From Lytechinus pictus (taxonomy: Eukaryota), in assembly GCF_037042905.1 (NCBI RefSeq), contig NC_087251.1, positions 27,344,001 through 27,408,000 of the forward strand: DNA of 64,000 bases. The letters run 5' to 3'. A program made the translations under genes and the position numbers. The stretch's first letter is position 1. Each line of letters begins with the position of its first letter. The notes beneath the pieces are model-generated. The model saw only the letters and a list, made by a program, of their open reading frames with translations. It ran no database searches and was not told the origin of the DNA. This document shows, in pieces, positions 1 through 13,629 of the stretch.

Positions 1-368
1 AGCACTTGGATTAGACAAATCTGCCAATGGCTGTTTTGTGTGATATGATTTCATTGTATGGCTGCTTTAGCAGAAACTTAGAGCTTAGTAATCGATGGAA
101 TATACCTTGGATAACATGCACTTTTTAATTATTGCTCCTCTTATGCATTCTTGACACAATTTACCCATGAAGCATGGAGTCGGATGTTGCCCATATATGA
201 TAAGAAGAATATTTGTAACAACAGAGCAGTTACACAGTGCAGACTGATTCATTTTTTAGAATCTTTCCAAGTGCCTTATACAGCCGCACAACTGGAGAGT
301 GTGGCTCTGTATTTTTTGATAGAAATTTATATATATATATTATAGAGTGTGGAATTTGTGAGCCAAAT

Positions 369-494
369 ATGCCTGAGAATCAGACGAAAAATGGACGGGT
401 ACCAAAGGGCGGAGAAAAGACAGGAGAAGGGGAAGGAGAAGAGCAAGCACAAGAACAGCAACAACTCAGCCCCATCGAACAACAGTCTTTAGAG
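369..494 (+). CDS. Candidate SNAP-25 N-terminal coding exon, MPENQTKNGRVPKGGEKTGEGEGEEQAQEQQQLSPIEQQSLE
   Basis: ATG with A at -3, 42 codons, phase-0 donor GAG|gtaaag, possible acceptor tatag at 345. The ending IEQQSLE loosely aligns with the exon-2 ending ADQLADE of human SNAP-25. Confidence 0.6.
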
Positions 495-1237
495 GTAAAG
501 TTAGGATCCATCTATGGGATGGGGATGGGGCTGGGGGGGGGGGCATATCAAATTTTAAAGATAGAAAAAAAAATCAGATCTGAAGGCTTGATGATCAAAA
601 TTATTCTATTTGAATTTTCCTGATTTGGAGAAGCATCAGCTTTTCACTTATACCTTGTTAGTACCAATAATGTACCACATGACTGAATATAGCAATTTGT
701 ATTATTACTGTTTCCTTTTTGCAGTGTTTTTTTAATAAGCTTGATGTCTCACAGTCAGTCAACCAGAAGAGAAAAGCCTTTAGTATTGCATTCACTAACA
801 CAGCTTGCAAATGGACTGCTCTTCAGTGACAAGTTTTATGTCAGCCATACATGCCAAAACTTATTTGGCATTCAGTCTTAATAATGTGTCAGATGTATAA
901 TAAGGAATCAGTGATGAGCAAAGGTGTTAAGGTGCTATATTAGGTATATTTATATTGTAAAATTCAGTAAGCTCTAATACAAACTCTTTTATCCTTTATT
1001 AACTGTTACTTGTCCATGTTCTCGTCCTTTCTTATGGGAATCTCCTCTTACATGTTTTCTGATAAGGTTTAATAAAACAAATTTTTAGAAAGTCTCCTAT
1101 TACTTCCATAAATGGACCATGTTAGGCATGTTTGACATTCAATATTTGTTTTTATTTTGTTGTCTTCAGTAGACTTGAACAGACCTTTTTTTTAAAAAAA
1201 AGCTTTATCCTGTTTATGAGTAATAAGGCAAATAATA

Positions 1238-1520
1238 TCAGCATGCTGAACACTGAGCATTTTTATTCATTATGTTATCTACATTTGGTGTGAGCACACC
1301 CTTTGAGAAAATTGAACTTGCGAAAAATGGGAAACAATGGCAGTTTGCCTAGCAGTGGGCATTTCATTTAGTCATTTGGTCTCTAGCAAATGTGAACACA
1401 CCTTGTGAGTAAAGTGTTATTCAGCGATGAATTTCAAGCTGAATAATGTCAGCATGCTGAACACTGAGCATTTTTATTCATTACGTTTTCTACAGTAGAT
1501 GTGAACACACCTCTTGAAAA
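1238..1520. repeat. Local direct duplication, ~211 bp apart
   Basis: tcagcatgctgaacactgagcatttttattcatta at 1238 and 1449, with a degenerate half-copy between them. Confidence 0.8.
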
Positions 1521-1729
1521 AAAAATTATCTTCTTTTTGCTCACTTGCACATTTTCAGAAATCATGAATGTAACATTATACTCTATCTTCACCCTCTCAA
1601 ATATTGGTTCATTATGCTGCTGCCGTAAATAGAATGGAGAAAAAAAATGTGGAATTCGAGTGAAAAACACAAAGTCAGATATGATACATCCAAATGTCTG
1701 AAATGTAATTCACTATTCACATTTTGGTG

Positions 1730-1822
1730 ATGATTGGATTTTTATGCAAGGAGGAAAGGGGAGAACTAGAAGTGGAGATGAAAAAAAACTGGGAAGGAAA
1801 CAGTGAAATGTCAGAGGAAATG
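1730..1822 (+). CDS. Candidate alternative N-terminal exon, MIGFLCKEERGELEVEMKKNWEGNSEMSEEM
   Basis: 31 codons, consensus phase-0 donor ATG|gtaagt. RGELEVEMKK resembles human RNELEEMQRR. Purine-rich, so chance is possible. Confidence 0.35.
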
Positions 1823-3564
1823 GTAAGTGATCAGATACGTGACCTTGAAATGTTGACAAAGTATTATGAAGGCATATATAGGGTATACTACATCTCCAAC
1901 AATGCAAGAATAATGAATATAGTAATGACCCATAAACACTTCTCCAGCAAAAAGTGAACAAATGTAATTTTTTAGTCCAGCCATTTTGATATTGCCTGTG
2001 GACCATATCGGATGATAGTTCACACCATGCACTTCCAATTTGTGGTCCCAGTTATTGTAATTGAACCAGTTCTCCCATTGTTTTGTCAAATTACCTCTCT
2101 CTCCTATAGGTGCTTTTCCCATTGATTGTTAGAGCTTGTTTATGACTTAACCACAACGAATCGAAGCTGATGTATTTGCGTGTATGTGTATTGAAGCACA
2201 CAGGTGTGAAGGCAATGATTATCATTCAGGTCCTTGGAGATCAAATTAGTGCTGCAAGAGGCTAAAGAGAATACCAGATACACACAAGTTTGATACAGAG
2301 TAAACAAAAAAATATGTGGGAATTGGTGTATAGAAAACTTCCTCTCCCATTAACCAAGTGACCTGGGTTGAACTAATTAGAATGTTTACAATTCACTCAT
2401 TTTTATTTTAATCTATTTTAGCCTTAAAGGGATGGTCCGGGCTGGAGATATTTATATCTCAAAAAATCGAGTAAAATTCACAGAGCAAAATGCTGAAAAT
2501 TTATAGGGGAAAATGGTTCTTATTTACATGTATTTGTGCTGGAAACCATACTTTTTTTTGATTGGCAGGAAACCTTAAGAAAATCTACCTATAATTTGCT
2601 GCATCCCTCATTTATGAAGGCACGGATCTACCCCTTTACCTACTGCAGTCATTAATTTATTTGGCTAACTTGCTTTCAAGCCCATTTATGCTGTTAAACT
2701 ATGGTATTCCTTCAACAAAAAGCATTTAACTCAACTGTTTAATAAAACAAAGCATCTGAGATATAATCATTTCAAGTGATAAAAAAGAATGTGAGGTATG
2801 CATTTGCAGCATTCATGAGGGTAAAAATCAGACATACTCTATCATATTGTAAGAGGTCCCATATTTCAGCAGATTATATAGAATTTACACGTCATTGTTT
2901 GTTGAGAGAGGGTACATAGAAACGTAAATCAGCTTTGCAAATGTGCTTTTCAGTACATTTTATTGTCAAGAGATCTTTCAAAAGTTATCAATAAATACCA
3001 CAGTAAGCTAGTCATTTCTTATTTGAGCTCTAATGGAAAATTTGACATTAAAAGCAGGAATTTCTGTTTTGATTTATCATGAAATTCTTCCTGTATTTAA
3101 AGAGGGGAATGATGAGGTAGTGCTGGCTTGCGCCCCTTAAAAATCTTGATATAGATGTCTTTTCTGTGCGATAATGTCATGTGGTATGTTACAGTTGTCG
3201 ACATGAAAATTGCCTGTGGGACTGCGCCTCTAGTACTTGGATGCATTAGAAATAAACATATTCCCTGCACGTATTCATTATGGAGAAAATTGTTAAAAAT
3301 ATTGCCATAGTCCCAATGGTGGTGTATATGGTCGCTTTGCATTTGATATTGGCAAGTGACACCTGGGTTGGCATTCCAGTACACTAAAGTTTAATGAGGT
3401 CTATCAAATATGGATGAGGAAAGGGATAGGGGCGCATTGTTTCACCAATAGAAAGTGGAGTTTGCCTTGTCCTTTGAGTCTCTAGACTTGTGTTAAACCT
3501 CGTAGAATCTGTATGGGTTTGCCGAAATGTGATTGCATTTGCTTATAACACATCACCTTGATTT

Positions 3565-3745
3565 GTTTTCTTCATTCGGCTTCTTCTTGTTCTTTCTCAT
3601 CATCTCTCTTTTTTTTCCATCTCAATTCTTCATCATCATCATCTTCTCCTCCTTCTTCTCCTCCGTCTCTTCGTCCTTTTTCTTCTTCTTCTTCTTCTCC
3701 TCCTCCTTATCCTTTTCCTGCTTCTCCTCTCCCTCCTCCTCCATT
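3565..3745. repeat. CTT/CCT low-complexity tract
   Basis: Pyrimidine-rich simple sequence. Similar tracts at about 30650-30800, 37130-37320, 44145-44300 and 45590-45820. Confidence 0.85.
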
Positions 3746-5985
3746 TACATTTATTTTTATTCATATATATTTAATCTCTTTTGAATCCAACTGAGAGTTT
3801 AAGTTTCCATTAATAGGTTTTCATTCAATTTCGTTCATTAATGCAATAATTGAATATTACGCAAGTAGTAATTTATTCATTTCCGATAGATATTTGTTCC
3901 TTTTTTTTGTAAAAAAAAAATCCATTGTTGTATAAGTTGAAATGTGCCTTTTTAAACTTATTAACATGGTATTAACTATACATCAAAGCAGAACATAAAC
4001 AGCTCAATGAGAATTATGTATTAAAATTGCATTTGAAATTTAATGTTTGAAATTAATTTAGAAATAATTTTGATGGAAATTATAATATTATGTCTAGCCT
4101 TATGTTGATCAAGTCAAAATATATGAAACTCTTTTTTCATCCAGTATTGCTACACCATATAGAGCTTTTTATTTAATATAGCTAGAAATGACCCTCAATG
4201 AAATTGCAAATGCTAGTAGCCACTTATTTGTAATTTAGGCAGACAATAATATACAGTAGATTTCTGAGAAGCTCATTAGAATATCGATATATGCGGGGTG
4301 TTGAAGCATTCCCATTAAACAACGTAATTCTGCAATACAGCGGTGAAATCATGTTAAATTAAGATGGCTTAATGCTCAATTAGCTTTATTGGCATGTTGA
4401 ATGAAACGAAACTCTGGTTCAAGTTTATGCTCGAATTCAGATTTTAAAGGAGAGTTGTAACTTCCTTTTCATAAAACCCTTCTATAGGAATACAAATGAG
4501 CCCATAATTTTGTTTTTATTCTTTTAACATTATTTTTGATGTGGGTAAATATGTGAACTACTTTTTTACAAATTGTAGTTTACATTAAGGGGTGGAAACA
4601 CACAAGCTTATCTGCATGCATGAACAGATCAATGGAATCAAAATGTTCCTCATTTGATAAATTCTTCTAGCCTGTAAAAGGACTGGATATGAATGTATTC
4701 AATTTTTACATCCATTAGTCATCTCAAATGTGGTCCTCTGTCTGCAATTTGATAAATGGGATTAGTTGGTATTGAAGAACATGAATTGAAGTCAAATAGG
4801 CAACATATGGTGTAACGTATGTTGACGGTGCGTACGAAGCTCTGCATGAATTCACTCTTGGATCAAATACCGCAGCAGGGATGAGGAGAAATAAATTTGG
4901 TTAGGGGTTCAAAATGGGGCTCCCCCTTTCCTTCTTTCTTCCATTCTGCTGTCCCTTTCTCTTAACTTTTTATTCCTTCTTTTTCATTGTCTGTTTTGAT
5001 GCCCCCATTTGTTTTTTCTAGCTTGGAGAGCACATTTATGTACAAAAGTAAAACATCAAGTCAATACATCAAGTTAACCCTTTTTACCTCCCCCTATAAA
5101 AAGTTAGAGGATAGATAAAGAATAAATGAAATAGAAACTTTAAGAATGAATGTATAAGGAACCAAAAATTTAAATGTCATTTTAATGTCTTTTCATGATC
5201 TTCGCAGTGTGCAGTTTGGAGAACCCCATTTCATGTTTGCACACAACATGAATTCTATTTAATCTTATTAGGCTACCATGATAACCCAGTTGCTACCAGT
5301 TGTGCTTCTAACCTTGGGGTATAAACTTGACAGGTCGTAGTGATCATCATTCCCCAGCACCCATCAGAGCATGAAGAATTGATGATGAGATCTTGCTTAT
5401 CATTGCACCCAAAAGAGAAAGAGATATTCCGACTCCATACTGCATTGATTCTGTATTTAATAACAAGTCTTAGCCTGCCAACCATCCAGCCATGCCTTTC
5501 CTGATTATCATTTTGGTGGGGTCAGGGTTATTTTTGCATGGAGGTGTCTGAACGTTTGGCCCTAGGTGCCATGGAGCTACATGTATGACACTCCGGTATT
5601 ATCTGGACGTTCTGAAGACGCATGCTATCTGTAAGTGTGAACTAGCATCCTAGGAGTGTGAACTCTTCACTGTACACGTCACGTCACGTAGCCTCACAGA
5701 GACCTTTAATTAATTAATGTTATTACAGTAATGAATCATGAAAGGTGCACTACCCCCCCCCCCCCCCCCCCGTCCCCATGTCTGCAATCTCATGATTTGG
5801 TAGAATCACATGGAATTATAAATAGCCATGAAATACGAGCAAACCCTGAAGTGGTATACAGCATTTAGAATCTCTATGAGCATCTAAGCTTTTACGAGTA
5901 GTATACAGTACTTTTTAGACAGTAATTTTTCCTCATTTTTAATTTACCCTTTCTTTTACTTTTCTTAGTTCTATCTTGCTCTCTT

Positions 5986-6055
5986 CTAAGCGCCTTGAGC
6001 ATTTAATCAAAATGGAAAAGACGCTATAATCATATGTATTATTATTATTATTATA
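5986..6055 (+). mobile_element. L2/SINE-type 3' tail remnant
   Basis: aagcgccttgagc...aagacgctataa stem followed by (TTA)n; same architecture as the tail at 55386. Confidence 0.5.
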
Positions 6056-6428
6056 TTAATTCATGCACAGTAAGGCACTGTCACACATGCATTGACAATT
6101 TAACCAGTGTATTCTGGTGACTGTTATGATAAACCATTTCATCATAAATCCTTACTCTTAATATCAAGAAATCATTTTTGTATAAGGAAATTAATTTATT
6201 GATAACAAGAAATCAAAATTCTTGATATATCAAGAAATTTATAGAAATTCATCAAGAATTGAATTCTTGATATCAAAAGATAAAATCAAATAATATTGGC
6301 TTGCAAGACATGCACAGAAAAAGCACTGTGTAGTGTGTACTGTATGAACCTTACAGTGATTGTTTAAAAAACAGTTTAAACAGCTATGCATGATTTATTG
6401 AGAATTAAATATTGAATTTTTAACTTTG

Positions 6429-7392
6429 TTTTTGTCTCACCTGCATAGCAGAGTGAGACTATAGGCGCCGCTTTTCCGACGGCGACGGCGGCGGCGGCGT
6501 CAACACCAAATCTTAACCTGAGGTTAAGTTTTTGAAATGACAGCATAACTTACATGTAGAAAGTATATGGACCTAGTTCATGAAACTTGGCCATAAGGTT
6601 AATCAAGTATTACTGAACATCCTGCCTGAGTTTCATGTCACATGACCAAGGTCAAAGGTCATTTAGGGTCAATGAACTTAGACCATGTTGGGGGAATCAA
6701 CATCAAAATCTTAACCTAAGGTTAAGTTTTTGAAATGTCATCATAACTTAGAAAATATATGGACCTAGTTCATGAAACTTATACATAAGGTTAATCAAGT
6801 ATCACTGAACATCCTGCATGAGTTTCACATCAGTTGACCAAGGTCAAAGGTCATTTAGGGTCAATGAACTTTGGCCGAATTGGGGGTATCTGTTGAATTA
6901 CCATCATAACTTTGAAAGTTTATGGATCTGATTCATGAAACTTGGACATAATAATAATCAAGTATTACTGAACATCCTGTGCAAGTTTCAGGTCACATGA
7001 TCAAGGTCAAAGGTCATTTAGGGTCAATGAACTTTGGCCAAATTGGGGTATTTGTTGAATTACAGCCATAAATTTGAAAGTGTGTTGGTCTAGTTCATAA
7101 AACTTGGACATAATAGTAATCAAGTATCACTGAACATCCTGTGCGAGTTTCAGGTCACATGATCAAGGTCAAAGGTCATGTAAGGTCAAAGAACTTTGGC
7201 CACGTTGGGGGTATTTGTTGAATTGCCATCATATCTCTATAAGTGTATTGGTCTAGTTCATAAAACGTGGAAATAAGAGTAACCAAGTATCACTGAACAT
7301 CTTGTGCGAGTTATAGTAGTTTTCAAAATCAGCACTGCTGCTATATTGAATCGCGTGATGCAGGTGAGACGGCCAGAGGCATTCCACTTGTT
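6429..7392 (+). mobile_element. Non-autonomous Helentron-associated element (HINE/DINE-1-like), subfamily A, about 5 internal 162-192 bp units
   Basis: T-run start, subterminal IR gtctcacctgcat (6434) / atgcaggtgagac (7358), 5' hairpin, (CGG)n microsatellite, tandem core, short 3' palindrome, ends acttgttt. Near-identical to 46313-47249. Confidence 0.88.
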
Positions 7393-10282
7393 TAAGATTT
7401 TAAACACTTGTTTAAACCGTTTAAAGAACTACAATGTACTGTAATGTTTCATATAGGAGGCAACATTGTATGAAATTTTAAACAGTGCTTTTACTATGTA
7501 GGTTGTCATATGTTTGCTAAATTGTCCAGGTGTAAAATTCAATTTACATAGAGTAATGTTTACTGCTTCTCGAAATATACCAAGATTTGATAATGGAAAT
7601 TTCCTCAGTGAATTCAATCTTTGACAACTTCTTTCAAGGTCTGAAGGGGGTGCATAAATAACATTGACTTTGTTTAGATATATTTACGTCTTGGTTTCCT
7701 TACAGCTATTTGGCAGCATTTGATAACAAGATTAATGTTCTAACCTTAAAATCAGTATTTTAAAGGGAATACTCCAGCCATCTCTATACATGGTAGTCCG
7801 TTAAACATCATGTAAATTCTGATATGTTTATCTTTTGATATAAAGATAGAGTTGACAGCAAATTTTGGTATGATTTCTTTGAACATAATAGTGATAAGAC
7901 ATTTTTTCATCAACAGACCAACAGAAATACATTGCATTATCATGAAACAAATTAACGTAATTTATTTATATATAATTTTAGTTAATGAATTTCAATCATT
8001 TGGTTATAATTTTGCAGGATGATTATATACATATTTATGAAAATGTTGGATTCAAAAGTATTTTTTAATACTTTTTACTCAAAATTACACACCATAAATA
8101 TAATTATGTACATTTTACTTTATTTATTTCCATTTCATTTTATTATACAATATATTCTTGATCGGGATGAGATCTTTTAAACAAAATGTATAATCTCTAT
8201 CTTTAAATCAATGAAAAGGGAGGTACTGGGGGTCAGTAAGCTAAAATCATATTTAAAATAAAGATCATAAAAAAAGAAGACAACGAGGGATATACAGGAT
8301 GTGAAGGAGGAGGAGAAAAGGAAGATTTTTGTATCATATTACTTAGACAAAATTGACAATACATTTGGTGTTACATCATCTCTTTTGCAAAACATCAATT
8401 TGGACAAGAGATGCCAAATGAAATTAGTACTAAAGGGATTTAGGATTACTTTGCCCTTTGACTTGATCTGTTTGATTTCAAAGTGGAATATTGCTTTTCT
8501 AAGGTTCAGCTTTCTACTGGCATAATAATAATTATCTTGAACATGTGTTTCATTTTTTGGTCTTTTTTTATCACAAGGAAGTCATGGCAAATGTCAACGA
8601 AATGAGAAAATGGATCAGGGGAATTGATGGAAGCTTAAGCTGAAAGCAAAACAAAAGGGAAAGAAAAAAAGAAAATGAAAATCAAGAATTATATTTAAAA
8701 AAACCAATAGAGATAAGGCAGAGGGTGAGGAGTAAATGGAAAGAGAGATAAAGGGAAAGGGGATGATTTTAATACATGACTTATGATGACATAAACTTGA
8801 TGCATATGCATGGCTGCTTGCCATTTGTATCTAGTTCAGCTGACTATTATTGAAGGTAAATCTTGCATTGTATTCTATTATTCATGGTGTTCAGTTTCGT
8901 TTACCCAATAATGGAACAGCATTATAATATTTTTGCCAACTTCAGAGGTCCAACAAAAAGATTTATCAGGAGTATTTTGTGTCATCCAACTTCTCAAAAG
9001 ATATGAGTTACCATAGTATTTGTTTCTGTACTTCTGAAAATTATAGCCATTAGGAGCATTCCCAAGTATTTTGCCAACAAAAAAAATTGCTCAGGCTATA
9101 CCATGGTTTTGCATTTTGATGAGTTTATAGTTGAAAAATTAAACCCTCTCTGTTTGTTACATTTATTTGCCATTGTTCTCGCATTAAGCGTGCAGATGTG
9201 ATAAAAACATTGATGATTGCATAATGGTATAAAACATTTTGCATTGATTGTTGCCGAACTCATTGAATCATGGTTCCTCTAATAGCATGTCATGAATATA
9301 ATGTGCGGATGTGTAGCTATTTCATTTCACACCTACCAGCTCTGGAAAAATACCTGTTAAGTTCAAGAAATTGTTCACTCCTCAAAATATCCATTGTTTC
9401 ACACATTCCAACTTGCATAAAACCAGATAAAGTTCTTGCATCATAATCGACAATGCTTTCATATTCCTATAGCAAAAATGTGCATTCTCCTTTCCTCACT
9501 TCTAAAAATCTCATAGTTCTCTTTCACATGAAATATTTCCATGACCTTTGAGAAGTCTTTCTAATATTTCTTGTGATTTTGAAAAGTACTCATTAATTTC
9601 GTTTTGGAATATACATGTATAAATTCCTTGCTTTCACATTGGTATTTAGTAGAACATGTACCTGTTGTTTTCTGATTGAATTGGAATACCTGATAAGATA
9701 ATAACATCTTATTTAGTTGAGCAGGTGGGTCTGAACACTCCTCCTATAGGAATCAGTGTCCTTGTGGGATCATAGGATTCTGAGTGGGTCTAATGAATGA
9801 TAATGATCGATGAGAGCTTTTCGATAGTTCACTACCTGTACAGACTATCGAACGTATATGGAATGACTACAAAATATCAACTTAAAGGAAATATGTCATC
9901 ATAAACCCTGCAGATAAACTGTGCATTAATAGCTTGGTAAGAATATAAGTTGGTAACAAGGTCCATATTAGTTGGTTATGAGGTACCTATAGTCTTGCCG
10001 GACTTTTTATGTGTTTTGAAGTATAGAACGATAGTCCAATTTCCATCGGTTCTCTTAACTGCAGGTTTCACAATGATGAACTACCTTTGACTGGAAAGGT
10101 GTGAATTTTCAATTTCTTATTGGCTAGGCAGAGTCCATCCCCCAAACAGGTTGATTTGAAGAAATAATAGAAAACTATAAAACAAGAGTTAAACTTAAAC
10201 TAAAGAGTTCATTAAGAGCAGATGTAAATAAGAAATTTATGACATTTCAGAGATATGCTTTTTTCATAAAATTATTAAATAT

Positions 10283-11395
10283 TTTATTTATTTATTTATT
10301 AGAAAATATTTATTCAGGATAAAAAGATCAGCTAAATTGCTGTTTTACATCAATGTCCTGATTTAACAGGGATAAAAAACTTAAAGTTACAATAATATCA
10401 TGATGCAAAATACATATAAATATTTAAACTTAGCTACTAAAATATGATCAAAAAAATACTGTACTCTTTTTTTGTAATCGTGTTAAGTGATCTCGTTCCC
10501 TTTTACCAATATAATTTCCCCAAACAGAAATGGCATAATCTAAAGTTGGCAAAACATTTGTCACATAAAGAGTGTTAAGGAGGGATTTATTCAAAAATTG
10601 TCTCAGTTTACCGAGTGAAAATATCTTGTAGGCTAATGTTTTGGATATTTGATTAACGTGCGAACTCCAATTTAAATTTTCATCAATTTCAACACCGAGG
10701 TATCTAATGGATTTCACATGTTCCACCAAATTATTATCAATAAAAATATTAATCTTATCGCATGAATAAGACCTATTTCTCAACAGCATTACCTTTGTCT
10801 TACTGACGTTTATACTTAAGTGGTTTTTATCATACCATTTTTTAACATTGTCGATATTCTTTTGCATTTTTAAAGTAGCTTCATTGACATCGGAACCATA
10901 ATCATAAATTACCACGTCATCAGCAAAAATATTACATTCACCACTGTTTAGACAAGTAGAAATATTATTAATTATTAAGAGAAAAAGAGCCAGGCCAAGC
11001 CCACTCCCTTGCGGAATTCCGATATCTACATTTTTATATGATGACATTTCACCATGGCAACAGACCATTTGCTTTCTGTTACTTAAATAACATTCAAACC
11101 ATTTCAATGAAGTACGAGTAATGCCGTATTTTTCTAATTTTAATAGTAATAGCTTGTGATCGATTGAATCGAAGAATTTAGAAATGTCAAGGAAGCATGC
11201 CCCGACAACTTAACGTTCATTGAATGCCCCATACCAATCGTCAATAACTTTATGTAAGGAGGTGACAGTTGAGTGGTTAGGAATGAAAGCAAACTGATCA
11301 ATATTGATAAGATCAAACTTTTGTAAATAAACAAGAAGTTGTTTTTGAACAGTTTTTCAATTAATTTGGAAATATGACAAACGACTGAAATACAT
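10283..11395 (-). mobile_element. Decayed non-LTR retrotransposon (CR1/L2-group) reverse transcriptase fragment with probable 3' tail
   Basis: Motifs SKLIEKL, QFAF..HST, FLDISKFFDSIDH, GIPQGSGLG, FADD and YLGV, interrupted by a stop and a frameshift. (TAAA)n tail near 10283-10300. Confidence 0.9.
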
Positions 11396-13629
11396 TCCCT
11401 AAAAAGCAAAAAAAGCGTAACAAGCATGTAGGTGAATGCAAATGAAGGAACCAAAGAAACCATCCATTCACCCATTTCTTTTCTATTAAATAACAAGGTA
11501 TATGAGATATGAAATTTAATACAAAAGAAATGTTTTGTAAAAAATAAGGGCAATTACATTGATAGTTTGGTTGTTACCTATTTATTCAAACTATCATAAT
11601 GTTTGCGTGAACGTGACCATGAAGCAGTGCATTAGCAAGATTACACACCTCGAAGCAGTAACATTCAGTATATGCGTGTGGTACAGTAGGAACTTTGAAC
11701 AAGAGCCAGGAGAAACATACTGAAGCTTTATGGTGGGCACTGAATGTTGTTGATGCACTCAGAAGCAGAACTACTTAGAATGGAGAAAGGCTTTCTATTT
11801 TTGCACCTTCTTTCTCCATCCCTTTGTTTCATTCCCAGGTTCTACTTGTTTGTATGCGTCAACGCTCTTAAGCATGTGCATCATTTATGAACTGTATGTT
11901 TCTGTTTCTCCAGCTTTGAATTTGTACTGCACAAAACAAGGTTTTGTACTGATCACTTTACAATGTGCTTTGTGTTTGAGTAATACTCATTGCAGTAGTG
12001 ATACATGTACCTCACAGAGACACAAAAAACTATTATGAAGAAAAAAAAAGTATTATGATCAATACCTTTTGTGTATTTATGGTCAGTTTTCTAGACCTCG
12101 AGATATTTGCTTATAAAAGTAATGCAAAAATAAGAATGGGTGCAAGGTGTTTTCAAGAAATGGCATATCTTTTTGAGCTCATTTCATATGCCACTATATT
12201 TTGATCAGATATTTATGGTTACATGTACTTTACTATTATCTCTCAATGGTAGACACCATAATGGCATAGTTAGCATAGTTTTATGAAACTTTTCTTTTAT
12301 GAAACTGCTTCCTACCCCCAACCCCCGACACCCTCCAGTTCCCCCAACTGCCCCCACCTCAGGAAAAAATATTTTGGTGTACGTGCTATTAGGTAGCAGT
12401 TACTCTCATTCAGAAGTTAATGTTTTTTTTCTCAACAAAATTTGACTTGCTTTATAAAGTTGATCTAAAAATTTGCAATTTGCAGATGAAACTTGAAGTA
12501 GGTTGCAAATGGGTGATTCCATAAGTGTCGTACAGGACATTTTGCAGGGACTCGGTTTTATAATTATAAGGGGAGCAATAAAAAGCTCTCCTAGAACTTT
12601 TAAGGAGAGCGGTAGAGGAGCACTTCAAAAAGCTCTTCTTCAACATACAAGGGGAGCTTTTTGCCCAATTAACAAAATGGATGGAGGAAATGTATGTACT
12701 ATAAAATTACAATCAACAACCAAAGGAAGTATTTATAATTGTTTTACAATGTATTGTAATTAGATTGTGTGTTGTAAAACCTGTTTTAGTTAGGTTTTGA
12801 CTTTGGCTAAAAGTTAAGTCACTGACAATTTTTTTTTTTTTCGGGGGCTCCATTTTAATTTTTTTGTCAAATTTCGGGGGCTCTTTTTAAATGCTACTTT
12901 TTTGTATTTTGAGGAATACCTGTTCACTTATTAAGGAATTATTACTTTTTGTTTAATATTGTATGATTTTTAAAGTTATTTATCATGTTTAGAATCTTGG
13001 ATGTGGGTGTGTGTGGATGGGTGGGTGTGTGCGTTTGTGTGTGACTGTGAGTTGGACTTGGATATAAATGAATTCAATATCTAATTTCTACTCCATTTAT
13101 TCCAGTACAATACCCTAGTCAGCCATGTACATGTAATAAAGGCCCACTTACCCTAACTTTTCCTGAAGTTCTTTGAAAACGCAGATCTCCATGAAAATTT
13201 AATTTCTCTATGGGGGAGTCTAAATTTGGTGAGAATGTATTCATTAAGAACTTAAATATACATGACAATGAAGAAATCATCAAACTTTATTGGCAGTTTT
13301 GAATAATATTCCTGAAATGTAAACTCTGTCTGAAACAGAAAATCACCATCATTGAGGCCTTTACTGAGCGAATTGTCCCCCAGAGCTCTGGCAGAGAGAC
13401 AGAGCTCCAACTGGCTAGCTAGTAAAAGCGCCAATGCGTGAGCCTGCCGCCGTCCTTGTAAAAAAGATGGAGCTTTGTTTGATGATTTACTGTCTGATAT
13501 AATACCTCATCCCCTAGAAAAAGAAAACAAATGATTTTTTAGTTATAATTGATAAATTAGATAACTTATTTTGGAAGTTAATAAGCCGTTTTGAAAAGCA
13601 AAGCCGAATGACAACTCACCAATGCTAGG

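Noticed and set aside
2424..2502. ttaaagggatggtccgggctg, resembling the end of a TTAA-target (Kolobok-like) element; a similar start near 13137
   Set aside because: No matching opposite terminus in the window.
3533..3794. Phe/Ser-rich ORFs here, plus similar low-complexity ORFs at 30526-30978, 37116-37376, 43937-44299, 56754-57020 and 58576-58821
   Set aside because: Translations of low-complexity CT/GA or T-rich tracts.
5622..5636. ATG CTA TCT|gtaagt, a 3-codon phase-0 first-exon candidate
   Set aside because: Too short to tell from chance; poor ATG context and several upstream out-of-frame ATGs.
6520..7320. Regularly spaced repeats resembling a CRISPR array
   Set aside because: The whole unit repeats, with no unique spacers. 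Eukaryotic context, no cas genes; it is the tandem core of a HINE.
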